Assembly (NCBI GenBank): GCA_041690395.1
Contig: JAWLHJ010000005.1
Span: forward strand, 320,001-384,000
DNA length: 64,000 bases
Source of the DNA: Longimicrobiales bacterium
Lineage (GTDB): Bacteria > Gemmatimonadota > Gemmatimonadetes > Longimicrobiales > Gaopeijiaceae
Direction: 5' to 3'
The notes below the pieces were generated by a model that was given only the letters and a program-made list of their open reading frames with translations, made no database searches and was not told the DNA's origin. Positions 51,619 to 61,367 of the stretch are shown here, piece after piece; position 1 is the first letter of the stretch; each line of letters begins with the position of its first letter. A program made the position numbers and the translations under genes.

Positions 51619-52576
51619 CGGGCCGCGGCGGATACGGCTCCTCGAGGCGGGCCACCTCCTCGTCGGTCAGCTCGACGTCGAGCGCGCCGAGCGCGTCGTC
51701 GAGGTGCGCCATCTTGGTGGCGCCGATGATGGGCGCCGTGACACCGGGGCGGCCGAGGAGCCACGCCAGGGCCACCTGCGCCCGGCTGATGCCGCGCGCT
51801 TCGGCCACCTCCCCGACCCGCCGGATGATCTCGTCGGCCTCCGGGAAGTCGTAGAGCCGCTCCGCGAAGTCGTCGCTCTCGCCGCGTGAGGTGGCGTCCT
51901 TCCGCGCGGCCGGACGGGTCAGCCATCCCCTAGCAAGCGGGCTCCAGGGGATCACCCCGATGCCCTCCTCCCGGCACAGCGGCATCATCTCACGCTCTTC
52001 CTCGCGGTAGAGCAGGTTGTAATGGTTCTGCATGGACACGAACCGGCTCCAGCCGGCCAATTCCGCCATGTACAGCGACCGCGCGAACTGCCAGGCGTAC
52101 ATGCTCGACGCGCCCACGTACCGCACGTAGCCCATCCGCACCGCGTCGTGCAGCGCCTCCAGCGTCTCCTCGATGGGCGTCGTGTCGTCCCAGCGATGGA
52201 TCTGATAGAGGTCGATGTAGTCCGTATCGAGCCGCCGCAGCGAATCCCGCACCCCGTCGAGGATATGCTTGCGGGAGAGCCCGCCCCGGTTGGGCCGGTC
52301 GGACATCGGATGATAGACCTTGGTGGCGAGGACCACCTCGTCCCGGCGCATATGCTCGTTCAGCAGCTTGCCCGTCACCTCCTCGCTCACGCCGAGCGAG
52401 TACATGTCGGCCGTGTCGAAGAAGTTGATGCCCGCCTCGACGGCGCGCCGCACGAAGGGCCGCGCGTCGTCCTCGGACAGGATCCAGGGGCGCCACTCCG
52501 GGTCGCCGTAGCTCATCATACCAAGGCAGAGACGGGAGACTTCGAGGCCGGTGCTGCCGAGCTTCACGTAATCCAT
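51602..52576 (-). CDS. Aldo/keto reductase
   Basis: 'GINFFDTADMY', 'DYIDLYQIHRWD', 'IPWSPLARG'. Confidence 0.95.
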   Translation of the reverse strand: MDYVKLGSTGLEVSRLCLGMMSYGDPEWRPWILSEDDARPFVRRAVEAGINFFDTADMYSLGVSEEVTGKLLNEHMRRDEVVLATKVYHPMSDRPNRGGLSRKHILDGVRDSLRRLDTDYIDLYQIHRWDDTTPIEETLEALHDAVRMGYVRYVGASSMYAWQFARSLYMAELAGWSRFVSMQNHYNLLYREEEREMMPLCREEGIGVIPWSPLARGWLTRPAARKDATSRGESDDFAERLYDFPEADEIIRRVGEVAEARGISRAQVALAWLLGRPGVTAPIIGATKMAHLDDALGALDVELTDEEVARLEEPYPPRPVRGHG

Positions 52577-52725
52577 GGGGATGTCAGGGGGTGAGGGTGA
52601 GCGGTGCGGACCTGGTCGTACCCATGTGGAGTGCGATGTGCCGCGATAGTATGCGTCATGAACTCCGTGCCCGATTCGTTGCTCGTATGTCGCCGGGAGC
52701 GTTCAACCTCGACGAGGGACCAGCC

Positions 52726-53580
52726 ATGAGACCATCGGCACTCGCAGTCCTGCTCGCCACCGGCCTCGCGGTCGCCGGGGGAAGTTGCGCTCCGGAGCAG
52801 GAGGCCTATCCGGCGAGCGCGGAGGTCGCGCGCATCCAGGCCCATCTGGCCGACGTGCTGCGCGCGCTCCGGGCGGACGCTCCGGCCCACCTCACGCCCC
52901 GGCAGCTCGCGGCGCGGCGGACGGCCATCGGCTGGCTCGAGGAGTACCGGGCCGCCGGACGGTTCCCGCACAACCACGTGCACCCCGAGGGCCGGGTGCC
53001 GGTGTTCGTCGATCCCCACGGGACGCCGTGCGCGGTCGGCCACCTGATGCTACGATCGGGCGAGCACGAGCTCGTCGAGGAGATCGTGCGGACCGACAAC
53101 CTCGTGCGCGTCCCGGAGCTGGCCGGTGACGAGCGCCTGGACGCCTGGCTGGACGAGCACGGGCTGACGCTGGCGGAGGCCGCCCGGATCCAGCCCGGAT
53201 ACGACCCGCAGCCGATCCCCATGGTCCATGTCGAGTACGACGAGACCTTCACCGTGGGCCTGTCCATCGCGACCGCGGCCCTCGCCTCCTACGCCGCGAT
53301 GGTCGAGCCGCAGGAGGCCAGGCCCTGGCTGGACGCCCTCATGATCGGCACGACCGTCGGGCACACGGCGCTGCTCGTGAATGCGGGCACCAACGACGTC
53401 GACGACGAAGCGTGGGTGATCGGGCTGAACGTGGCGGGCGCGCTCGTGGCCGCGGGATCGACCGTGGTCCGTGCGCTCGGGCGGGACGACGTCGAGGCGG
53501 ACCCGGCAGAGTCGGGCGTCCAGGCGTTCGTGGCGCCGGGCCGGTACGGAACGCAGGTCGGCCTCACCCTGCGGCACTGA
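52726..53580 (+). CDS. Exported/membrane hypothetical protein with 'FP.N...PVFVD..GTPCAVG' domain
   Basis: Signal or lipoprotein-like N-terminus, C-terminal TM helices. Confidence 0.65.
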   Translation: MRPSALAVLLATGLAVAGGSCAPEQEAYPASAEVARIQAHLADVLRALRADAPAHLTPRQLAARRTAIGWLEEYRAAGRFPHNHVHPEGRVPVFVDPHGTPCAVGHLMLRSGEHELVEEIVRTDNLVRVPELAGDERLDAWLDEHGLTLAEAARIQPGYDPQPIPMVHVEYDETFTVGLSIATAALASYAAMVEPQEARPWLDALMIGTTVGHTALLVNAGTNDVDDEAWVIGLNVAGALVAAGSTVVRALGRDDVEADPAESGVQAFVAPGRYGTQVGLTLRH

Positions 53581-53586
53581 GAGGGC

Positions 53587-53976
53587 TCAGCCCCTCATCG
53601 CGAGCATGATGCCCGCCACCAGTGCCATGAGCGCGCCGATGAAGACCAGCAACACCATCACCTTGAACGCGGACGACAGCTTGTCGAGCGCGGTCATGAG
53701 ATGTTGCACGTCGTTGCCGGCGGTCGATACGACGTCGGACATCGCCGACGCGGCGCCCCGGAAGTACACGCCGACCCCGATGTAGACGCCGCCCATGATG
53801 AGACCCGCAATGAGGTCTTCCGGGTCCAGAATCCCGCCGATGATCATCAAGGCGCCGCTCACGATCGCGATCCAGGACCAGTAGCCGATCCACTTCCCGG
53901 CTGTGCCGATGATCTGGTTCTCGTGGGGTCCGAACTCGTGCGAGCTGGGCTGCGGAGAAGGGGTGGTGGCTTCCAT
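53587..53976 (-). CDS. Hypothetical three-TM membrane protein
   Basis: Hydrophobic segments, SD-like AAGG. Confidence 0.6.
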   Translation of the reverse strand: MEATTPSPQPSSHEFGPHENQIIGTAGKWIGYWSWIAIVSGALMIIGGILDPEDLIAGLIMGGVYIGVGVYFRGAASAMSDVVSTAGNDVQHLMTALDKLSSAFKVMVLLVFIGALMALVAGIMLAMRG

Positions 53977-54066
53977 GGTCGTGCCGCCTTGCTGAATCGT
54001 CCGGTGGTCGAGCACGCAAGGTGAGACGGTCGGCACCGCGGGGAAAGGCGACGTCGTACCGGGGTG

Positions 54067-55032
54067 TTACGCGCCTCTCAGCTCTTTCAGGCTGGCGAGG
54101 GCCGGAGCCACGACCCGCGTGGCAAGGGGGATCACCAGGAGCCCAAGCGCGAGCCCGAAGATCCCGTCCAGCGAGGCGGTGACGAACCACTCGGTGAAGC
54201 CGGAGGCCACCGGCGCCGCCTCCGCGGCGGCCTCGGCCACGTCGTGGATCCACCCGTAGGGGGCCCCGAACCCCAGCTCGTCGAGGCCGTGGAGAATGAT
54301 GTTGCCGCCGACCCAGAGCATGGCGGCGGTGCCCACGATGGCGATGACCTCCATGACCGCGGGCATGGCCTTCACGATGCCCCGCCCGAGGGCCCGGACG
54401 GAAGGCACGCCCTCGGTCTGGCTCAGGCGAAGCCCGAAGTCGTCGGCCTTGATCAGGAGGGCCACGGCGCCGTAGACGAGCGCGGTGATGCCCACGGCCA
54501 CCACCAGAAGGACCACGCCCTGGGTGATGAGCCCCTCGGCCTCCACCACCGAGAGCGCCATGGCCATGATCTCGGCCGAAAGGATGAAGTCCGTCTTGAT
54601 GGCGCCTTTCACCCGTCGTTCCTCCAGGTGGGCGGCGTCCAGCGTCACGGGCCTCTTCTCTTCGGCGTGCCCACCCCGATGCGCGACGAGGTGCCACACC
54701 TTCTCGGCCCCTTCGAAGCAGAGGTAGGTCCCGCCCAGCATGAGGAGGGGCGTCAGCACCCACGGGGCGAAGGCCGAGAGGACGAGCGCCGCCGGGAGGA
54801 GGATCACCACCTTGTTGAAGAGCGATCCCCGGGCGATGCGGAAGACGATGGGCACTTCCCGGGCGGCCGGGAGGCCGTGCACGTACTTCGGCGTCACGGC
54901 CCCGTCGTCGATGACCAGGCCGGCGGCCTTGGTCCCGGCCTTGGCCGCGTGGGCCGCCACGTCGTCGAGCTGGGCCGCCGCCAGCTTGGCCAGGGCGGCG
55001 ACGTCGTCGAGGAGGGCGAGGAGTCCGGTCAT
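54067..55032 (-). CDS. yedI: DUF808 (YedI-like) inner membrane protein
   Basis: 'LLALLDD', 'IDDGAVTPKYV', 'GAIKTDFILSAEIM', 'GTAAMLWVGG'. Confidence 0.88.
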   Translation of the reverse strand: MTGLLALLDDVAALAKLAAAQLDDVAAHAAKAGTKAAGLVIDDGAVTPKYVHGLPAAREVPIVFRIARGSLFNKVVILLPAALVLSAFAPWVLTPLLMLGGTYLCFEGAEKVWHLVAHRGGHAEEKRPVTLDAAHLEERRVKGAIKTDFILSAEIMAMALSVVEAEGLITQGVVLLVVAVGITALVYGAVALLIKADDFGLRLSQTEGVPSVRALGRGIVKAMPAVMEVIAIVGTAAMLWVGGNIILHGLDELGFGAPYGWIHDVAEAAAEAAPVASGFTEWFVTASLDGIFGLALGLLVIPLATRVVAPALASLKELRGA

Positions 55033-55113
55033 GCGAGAAGGCTAGTCGCGGGGGAGGGAGTCCGCTACCGGGCATCCTTCACCTTTCGGCCCCGCGCCGT
55101 ATCTTCCGGGTCA

Positions 55114-55186
55114 GACCCGGTAGCTCAGCTGGTAGAGCAACTGACTTTTAATCAGTAGGTCCTGGGTTCGATCCCCAGCCGGGTCA
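55114..55186 (+). tRNA. tRNA-Lys(TTT)
   Basis: Acceptor stem GACCCGG/CCGGGTC, D-arm TAGCTCAGCTGGTAGAGC, anticodon arm ACTGA-CTTTTAA-TCAGT, T-loop GGTTCGATCCC; CCA not encoded. Confidence 0.97.
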
Positions 55187-55335
55187 CTAGCGTAAGCTCT
55201 ATTCCCTTAGCCTAATAGGGGGTTCGGGATGGCAGCCTGTTCTTCGAGACGGCCGGAAATGTGTGCGAGCTGTGTGCCGGGAGCGCTGACCAGTCCGGCA
55301 CATTCATTCGGAGTGGTTCGACTGGAGACCGAGGG

Positions 55336-56697
55336 ATGAGGGAGGGGCAGCTTGCCAGTCTCATTCGGGACGTTGGCGAGGAGACCGTCTCTCAGAGTCT
55401 CCCAACCAAGTACAGTCGTATTAAGCCGATTCTGGCCAGCATTACGGACCTTCCGGAGAACGGCATTGACGTCAAGAGGGTCGGCAAGTCTGGCGATGCC
55501 GGGACGCGTCTGGACGCAGTGGGGAGCAACAAGGCCAAGCAAGGACTCGGCGAGGATGATCCGTACCTTGCGGCGATAGTGTACACCGGTGACGAGGAGG
55601 GGGACTTCGCAAACCTCTGCCGGATTCTCCAGCGAGAGCTTCCGGGGACTGGCAGTGCCATCGTCTTTGACAAACGTGCCGATTACGCTGCGACGAGGAT
55701 TTTCGCCAGGGACCTTGAGCAGGGGGCTCTGGATCGTCTGGTTTCGTCTCTTGACCTGGACGTAAACGTCATTGAGCGACTGAACCAGACCCCGGGCGAG
55801 ATCGCTTTAGACCCCAGCAACGACTTCCCGGAAGAGGTCTTTGAGGGTGCAGCCCTGGATCGGGCAGAGTTCGAGCAGTTGCTGGACCTGCTTCGGCGAA
55901 AGAAGAACGTGATTCTTCAGGGTCCGCCAGGCGTCGGCAAGACGTTCATGGCAAAGCGGCTCGCTCAGGTCCTCTCGGACGGGCACCCGGACCGCTCCAG
56001 GGTCGTGCAGTTTCACCAATCATTCTCATACGAAGACTTCGTCCGCGGTTGGCGGCCGAAGGAGTCCGGCGGATTCGAGGTGGAAGACGGGGTGTTCCAC
56101 CGATTCTGCACCATCGCTGGCCGGTTCCCGAAGGATCAGCCCTGCGTCTTCATCATAGACGAGATCAATCGCGGCAACGTCGCCGGCATCTTCGGTGAGC
56201 TCCTGGTCCTCATGGAAAGAGACAAACGGGACGAGCGGTATGCAGTGGAGCTGCCGAACCGGAAGGACGGTGAGGGTAGGTTCTTCGTCCCTCCCAACGT
56301 CTTCATGTTGGGATTGATGAATACTGCAGACCGGTCGCTCGCTTTGGTTGACTACGCCCTCAGGCGTCGCTTCGCATTCCATGCACTACAGCCTCTTTAC
56401 GGCACCGAGATATTCCGCGAATTCTTGGCCGAGCAGGGAGTTCCGGGCGACCTGGTGGAGCGGATCAACGAGCGGATGATGATGCTCAATCAGCTCATCG
56501 TTGATGACGGCAACCTCGGGGCAGGCTTCCGGGTTGGTCACAGCTTCTTCTGTCCGTCGCAGGCTGACAAGGAGCGGGGGCTGGATGAGGCGTGGTATAC
56601 GGGCGTAGTGGAGACCGAGATCGCCCCGCTGCTGGCCGAGTATTGGTTTGATGACCCAGGGAGAGCCAGGAACCTGGCCGCCGAACTTCTAGGGTGA
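55336..56697 (+). CDS. mcrB: McrB-family AAA+ GTPase
   Basis: 'GPPGVGKT', 'FHQSFSYEDF', 'IIDEINRGN', 'MNTADRS', 'DYALRRRF'; start uncertain (55261 or 55336). Confidence 0.93.
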   Translation: MREGQLASLIRDVGEETVSQSLPTKYSRIKPILASITDLPENGIDVKRVGKSGDAGTRLDAVGSNKAKQGLGEDDPYLAAIVYTGDEEGDFANLCRILQRELPGTGSAIVFDKRADYAATRIFARDLEQGALDRLVSSLDLDVNVIERLNQTPGEIALDPSNDFPEEVFEGAALDRAEFEQLLDLLRRKKNVILQGPPGVGKTFMAKRLAQVLSDGHPDRSRVVQFHQSFSYEDFVRGWRPKESGGFEVEDGVFHRFCTIAGRFPKDQPCVFIIDEINRGNVAGIFGELLVLMERDKRDERYAVELPNRKDGEGRFFVPPNVFMLGLMNTADRSLALVDYALRRRFAFHALQPLYGTEIFREFLAEQGVPGDLVERINERMMMLNQLIVDDGNLGAGFRVGHSFFCPSQADKERGLDEAWYTGVVETEIAPLLAEYWFDDPGRARNLAAELLG

Positions 56698-57713
56698 AGA
56701 TTCCAGTCCGGAATCTCTACTACCTGCTCGCGTACGCCTGGGACCGGCTCCAGGAAGCAGAGCGGATCTCGGTGGGAGCCGAAGAGGTGCACGACCTCAC
56801 GAATCTCCTGGCCCGGGTGCTCGAGGGGGCGGCCAACATACTGATCCGCCGAGGGATTGACCGGGGGTACGCGACTTCGACCGCAGAAGTTCGGGGTATA
56901 CGGGGCCAGATTGACTTCTCTGGCTCGCTGCGGCGGATGTCGTTCGAAAGAGGGCGCGCCGTATGTTCCTTCGACCTCTTGTCGGAGGACGTTCAACACA
57001 ACCGGATTCTGAAAGCCGCGGTCAGGAAGCTGGTGGGCTCCGGTGAGCTCGATCCCTCGATCGAGGCCGGGTTGGTGCGGCTGTTGAGCAGGCTTTCTGG
57101 GGTGACTGACATCAATCTTGACCCCGGGGCATTCCGGAGCGTCCAACTGAGCCGGAACAGCCGGCTCTACGGTTTCGTCATGGATGTCTGCCGGCTTGTC
57201 TGCGACGGCCTGCTGCCCACCGAGGATCCTGGTCGGCGGTCGTTCGCACGCTTTTTGGGGAGCGACCAGGAGATGGGGCGTCTGTTCGAGTCGTTCGTGC
57301 GCAATTTCCTCACACGAGAGCAGGCAGCGTTCGCGGTGAGCTCCCCTGACCTCGGGTGGAGAACCATCGAGTCCGACAGGGAATCTGCTCGCCTGCTTCC
57401 CGGAATGAAGCTTGACGTCCTCCTTGAGCGATCTGACCGACGCATCGTTCTGGAGACCAAGTTCTACTCGCGGCCGCTGGCGGGGTTCTACGGTGTCGCG
57501 CGGTTGAGATCCCAGCATCTCTATCAGTTGACCACTTACATGGACAACCTCAGGGACGGTCCCCCTGCCGAGGGAGTGCTGTTATACGCCTGGTCTGGCG
57601 AGGGCTTTGACGTCAGCTATCAGTACCGTGGGCGCCCGCTTCGCGCCCTTACCCTCGATCTCGGCCAGCACTGGGAGTCAATCAGCTCGGATCTCAAGGA
57701 TATATCCGCTTGA
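56694..57713 (+). CDS. mcrC: McrC-family PD-(D/E)xK nuclease subunit
   Basis: 'IPVRNLYYLLAYAW', 'LFESFVRNF', 'LDVLL...VLETKFY', 'LYQL..Y'; GTGA overlap with mcrB. Confidence 0.9.
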   Translation: MKIPVRNLYYLLAYAWDRLQEAERISVGAEEVHDLTNLLARVLEGAANILIRRGIDRGYATSTAEVRGIRGQIDFSGSLRRMSFERGRAVCSFDLLSEDVQHNRILKAAVRKLVGSGELDPSIEAGLVRLLSRLSGVTDINLDPGAFRSVQLSRNSRLYGFVMDVCRLVCDGLLPTEDPGRRSFARFLGSDQEMGRLFESFVRNFLTREQAAFAVSSPDLGWRTIESDRESARLLPGMKLDVLLERSDRRIVLETKFYSRPLAGFYGVARLRSQHLYQLTTYMDNLRDGPPAEGVLLYAWSGEGFDVSYQYRGRPLRALTLDLGQHWESISSDLKDISA

Positions 57714-57725
57714 GGTATCGGCCGT

Positions 57726-58880
57726 CTACACTTCGGCGAGGTCACTCATCGTCGCGAGGTGGGCCTCCAGGGCAGACGCGAAGTCGTCTGGATACCTCAG
57801 GCTGCTCTTCTTGAGCCGGCCGAAGAAACCGGACGTTGCGCGCCGGGAGAGGGGCTTAGGCTCGAACTCGAGGAATCGGTCGAGTGGTGGAATCGCTTCG
57901 CGCCTCGGCCACTCGCTCACGTCTACGGTCCATCTGCCGTCCTTCTTCGAGCCCCAGGCGGCCGTGGGCCAGGAGCGTTCCCGCACCAATCGCTCCGAAC
58001 CCAGTGGTAGCGCGCCTTGAGATCGGGTTAGCACCTCCCCGACCCAGGCCGCAGCATCCACCGACACGGCATTGCCGACGAGCTTCCAGCGCAGGGTTGC
58101 CCGCCCTACGGCCTCGGCCGGGAGGGTCCAATCGACCGGAAAGCCTTGGAGGCGCTCGGCGTCGCGAAGATGCGGGGTCACGATCTTTCCGTCCGGCAAC
58201 CAGATGGCAGGCGGGGACGGTATCCCGAGGCCTGAGCCTCCCTTCAGTGTGGGTATGGCATCTACTGCCCATCCGAGTCCGCGGGTCCCCTCGGTCCAAT
58301 AGAATCCACAAGCCCGACCGGTGTGGTCTGGCCTACCTGGTTCGGCGGCGTTCTCGGAAAAAAGCAGTGTCGCAGGATTGACCGACGGTCCCTTGGCGGC
58401 GAGTAGATAGACACGGCGACGTCGTTGGGGAAGACCGAACGCCCGTGAGTCCACGACCCGGTAAGCCCACCTGTAGCCGCGCTCCTCAAACTGCCGGACG
58501 AGATACTCCATCGCTTGGCCGCGGCCCAGCTGCAGCATGAACGGCACGTTCTCGATCAGGACCCACGGTACGTCAGACTCGTCGATCATCCGGAACACAT
58601 GGGAAACGAGACCGGACTGGTCGCCTTTAATGCCCTTGGTCTGACCTGCCTGCGACAGGTCCTGGCAGGGAAAGCCTGCGGTCAGCAGCTCCACACCGCT
58701 TGGCAGGCTGAGGTCCCGAACGTCTTCGTGGTGTGCGTCTTCCGGAACATGCGGAAAGCGTTTTTTGAGGACTGCGGACGCTGAAGGGTCGTTTTCGCAG
58801 AACAGGACCGTCTCGTGTCCGGATCGTGCGAGGCCGAGCTCGATGCCCCCGATGCCTGCGAACAGCGCGGCGACCTTCAT
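57726..58880 (-). CDS. DNA (cytosine-5)-methyltransferase
   Basis: Motifs I 'LFAGIGG', IV 'GFPCQ', VI 'ENV', VIII 'QRRRR', IX/X 'RLQGFP...GNAV'. Confidence 0.95.
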   Translation of the reverse strand: MKVAALFAGIGGIELGLARSGHETVLFCENDPSASAVLKKRFPHVPEDAHHEDVRDLSLPSGVELLTAGFPCQDLSQAGQTKGIKGDQSGLVSHVFRMIDESDVPWVLIENVPFMLQLGRGQAMEYLVRQFEERGYRWAYRVVDSRAFGLPQRRRRVYLLAAKGPSVNPATLLFSENAAEPGRPDHTGRACGFYWTEGTRGLGWAVDAIPTLKGGSGLGIPSPPAIWLPDGKIVTPHLRDAERLQGFPVDWTLPAEAVGRATLRWKLVGNAVSVDAAAWVGEVLTRSQGALPLGSERLVRERSWPTAAWGSKKDGRWTVDVSEWPRREAIPPLDRFLEFEPKPLSRRATSGFFGRLKKSSLRYPDDFASALEAHLATMSDLAEV

Positions 58881-59353
58881 TCCGCTCCCTGGGGTTGAGG
58901 GTGGGTCGAGGACTTCAAGGAGGCCAGACGGGCCAGGACTTCCTCAGGATCTCGCAACGCACACTCCCAGATGATTCGCACCGTGTAACCCTTCTCCCTC
59001 AAAGCCCTGACTGCCGCGGCGTCCCGCCGTCGGTTTGTCTCGATCTTCTCGCGCCAGAAGTCGGAGTTCTTGAGGGGGATTCGGTATCCCCGCCCGCCCT
59101 TCGTCTTCGCGCAGTTCTTGTGTCCGTGCCAGAAGCACCCGTGGACGAAGATCGCCCACTGTCTCTTCCGATTGGCGAGATCGGGAGACCCGGGAAGATC
59201 GCGGTTCCGGGTCCGGTACCGAAGGCCGAGCCCGTGCGCCATCGATCGGACGCTGATTTCGGGCTTCGTGTCCCGCTGCCGGACTGCCGCCATCATCCGA
59301 GAGCGCACTTCAGCCGGTACGATGTCGCCTTCGGTCGCTTGGTCGCCTCTCAT
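58877..59353 (-). CDS. vsr: Very-short-patch repair endonuclease
   Basis: 'RSRMMAAVRQRDTKPE', 'LPGSPD', 'FVHGCFWHGH', 'IIWEC'; ATGA overlap with the MTase. Confidence 0.93.
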   Translation of the reverse strand: MRGDQATEGDIVPAEVRSRMMAAVRQRDTKPEISVRSMAHGLGLRYRTRNRDLPGSPDLANRKRQWAIFVHGCFWHGHKNCAKTKGGRGYRIPLKNSDFWREKIETNRRRDAAAVRALREKGYTVRIIWECALRDPEEVLARLASLKSSTHPQPQGAE

Positions 59354-59762
59354 GTATAACCCCCGGGCGGGCCCTTCTCCATGTCGCTATGGGACGAATG
59401 GGTCATTCACCGGCCCCCGAGAAGAGCATCGCCTCCAAGCGTTCCGCCGCGCCGTCCTGCATGGTCTGGAGCCCCTTGCGCCGGCCGGTATGCCTAGCAG
59501 GCCTGTCTCTGGCCAGGTTCGCTGCTCGACCGACCGAGGTCGCCGTGAGTCGGATCATATTCATCGGACCACGGTGTCGTCCTCCATCGTCGTGACTCAT
59601 AACAACCCGACACTAAGGATCCGTTTGCACTCGTGGCCTCGTTGGAGGTTGGGGTTCAACTCGCGGCCTCGCCTCTTGTAATGCTGCGTTCGGCTTGCCT
59701 TCTACTCGTTGAGAGGGCAATCCTCGCCGCCGACAGCCGGCGGCAACAACTCAGGAGGCCGA

Positions 59763-59990
59763 ATGACTGACGCAAACAACCACGAGGTAGACCAGAACCA
59801 GGCCCTGGAATCACTCAACTGGGGACCGGACAGCCCGAAGGGCGGTCGGGTCGTCATGGGCCGGATCCTGAAGGAAAGCGCCACCGTGCCCCTCTTCTTC
59901 GGTCAGACCATAATCCAGTCCCTCCAAGACATGGCGTATAACGATACCACGTCTGCCTTGTGCGAACACGTCTACTCAGCCATTCAGAGG
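59763..59990 (+). pseudogene. N-terminal stump of a GHKL/MORC-like ATPase
   Basis: SD AGGAGG; 'QSLQDMAYNDTTSALCEHVYSAIQ' resembles GHKL motif I 'SLRdxGY...Al.EhvDNai' with DN lost; breaks off right after. Confidence 0.55.
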
Positions 59991-59997
59991 AGGAGCA

Positions 59998-60203
59998 GTG
60001 CAAACGAAGCAGCCGTACATGACCGCCGAGGAGATCGCACACCGTTGGGGAGTGCATCGAGACACCATCTACAAGCTGCGGCCGAGAGGACTCCGTACCT
60101 GAAGCCGGGTCCGAACACCCGTTGCTACCGAGCGGAGGACGTAGAGGCGTTTGAGATCTCGCGGGCCGTGGGAGAGGAGGGTCCTGCCGGCGGCCGCACC
60201 TAG
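59998..60203 (+). pseudogene. Frameshifted excisionase-like HTH protein
   Basis: SD GAGGAGG + GTG: 'VQTKQPYMTAEEIAHRWGVHRDTIYKL' continues in another frame as 'PYLKPGPNTRCYRAEDVEAFE'. Confidence 0.7.
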
Positions 60204-60787
60204 CGATTGGCCAGCCACCAACTCACGACACGCACGGCTTCCGGGAAGCCGGTGTCCCCAAGCGTGGGAATCTCTGCGTCAACTGGAGCATCGGAGTCGA
60301 AGTACCGCGTCCGAACTCGATTCGCCTCTAGCAACCGCGTGAGCAGGGACTCCGCATCTGAGCCAAGCCAGGCAGAGCCCGGCGGCGCCACCAGGGGCTC
60401 CTCGCTATCAAGTCGAATATACTGGTCGGAGGTCACGGTTTCCCGGCCCCCTCTACTGAGGTAGATCGCGAGGAGTCCGTCCTCCCCATAGAGGAGGGTT
60501 AGAGGGCCGGTGCCTACACGCCTGTCCGCAAGAATCGCCCGATTCTGGACGAGGCATTGAGAGTCATCGGTCATTGCGTCGGTCGCACAGCCGAGGAGCG
60601 CCCAACTTCCGACGTGGCCGCTCATATCGTCGTAGACCTCGAACTCCTGGTCACCCACCTGCCCAAGTCGAACGGATCCGAATTCTGTCGACTCCAGTTC
60701 GTGGGGCAGCGGGAACGGGACCTCCTGAGCTCGTGCCGCGCTCGCCACGACCAAGACCGTGATAGCTGTGAGCAGCGAAATCCTCAT
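60200..60787 (-). CDS. Exported hypothetical protein
   Basis: Signal peptide 'MRISLLTAITVLVVASAARA'; 'C.TDAMTD...C'. Confidence 0.65.
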   Translation of the reverse strand: MRISLLTAITVLVVASAARAQEVPFPLPHELESTEFGSVRLGQVGDQEFEVYDDMSGHVGSWALLGCATDAMTDDSQCLVQNRAILADRRVGTGPLTLLYGEDGLLAIYLSRGGRETVTSDQYIRLDSEEPLVAPPGSAWLGSDAESLLTRLLEANRVRTRYFDSDAPVDAEIPTLGDTGFPEAVRVVSWWLANR

Positions 60788-61367
60788 TCGTCCAACCATG
60801 TAGGGGTATGTGACTCATAGTCCGTAGACTGATGGTCCACGAGAAAGCTCTCGTGCTTGCGTGGCAAGATCACGGGCGCGGGAGGGAGCTCGCAATGCTG
60901 ACCGGAGTCGAAGCGCATGCTAGGCGGGCCTCGTTCAAGAAGGGTGTGTTGCTTGTGGGTGCGGCACACCGAGACCCCCTATTGAGGAAGTCGCAGTTGG
61001 CTCCGCCGCGATGGACCGTCTCCGGTTGAATGCGAGTTCGATTGGGAGCTTGAGGACGGGAGTCACTAAAGTCGTGGGCGACTCGCGAATCGTTGAGTAG
61101 GCGGTCGGGCAGCGACTTCACAGAACAAGAGTTCTTCCGGGTCCGCTCCCTGCCGTCGCTCCCCCTACATGGCCCGGAGCTGTTGTGGGCCGGAGGCGGA
61201 GTGCAGCGTATTCTCGATCAGGCTCGCGTAAACCGTTGGATAGTGGGCCACGTCGGAAACATCTGAACGTTCACTGACATGTGCCCTTGGTGATGGATGC
61301 CGGCGGCGGTGCATCTTTGCTGCTTCCTTGGGGTAGGGAATTTGTTCCCCATTCAGGAAGCGGGCCC

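Noticed and set aside
59709..60203. 164-aa ORF as a genuine gene
   Set aside because: Better explained as a fusion of two pseudogene fragments
60832..61300. Short ORFs in the island spacer (60832-61029 +, 61165 region -)
   Set aside because: Could be gene remnants, but no recognisable motif or good RBS
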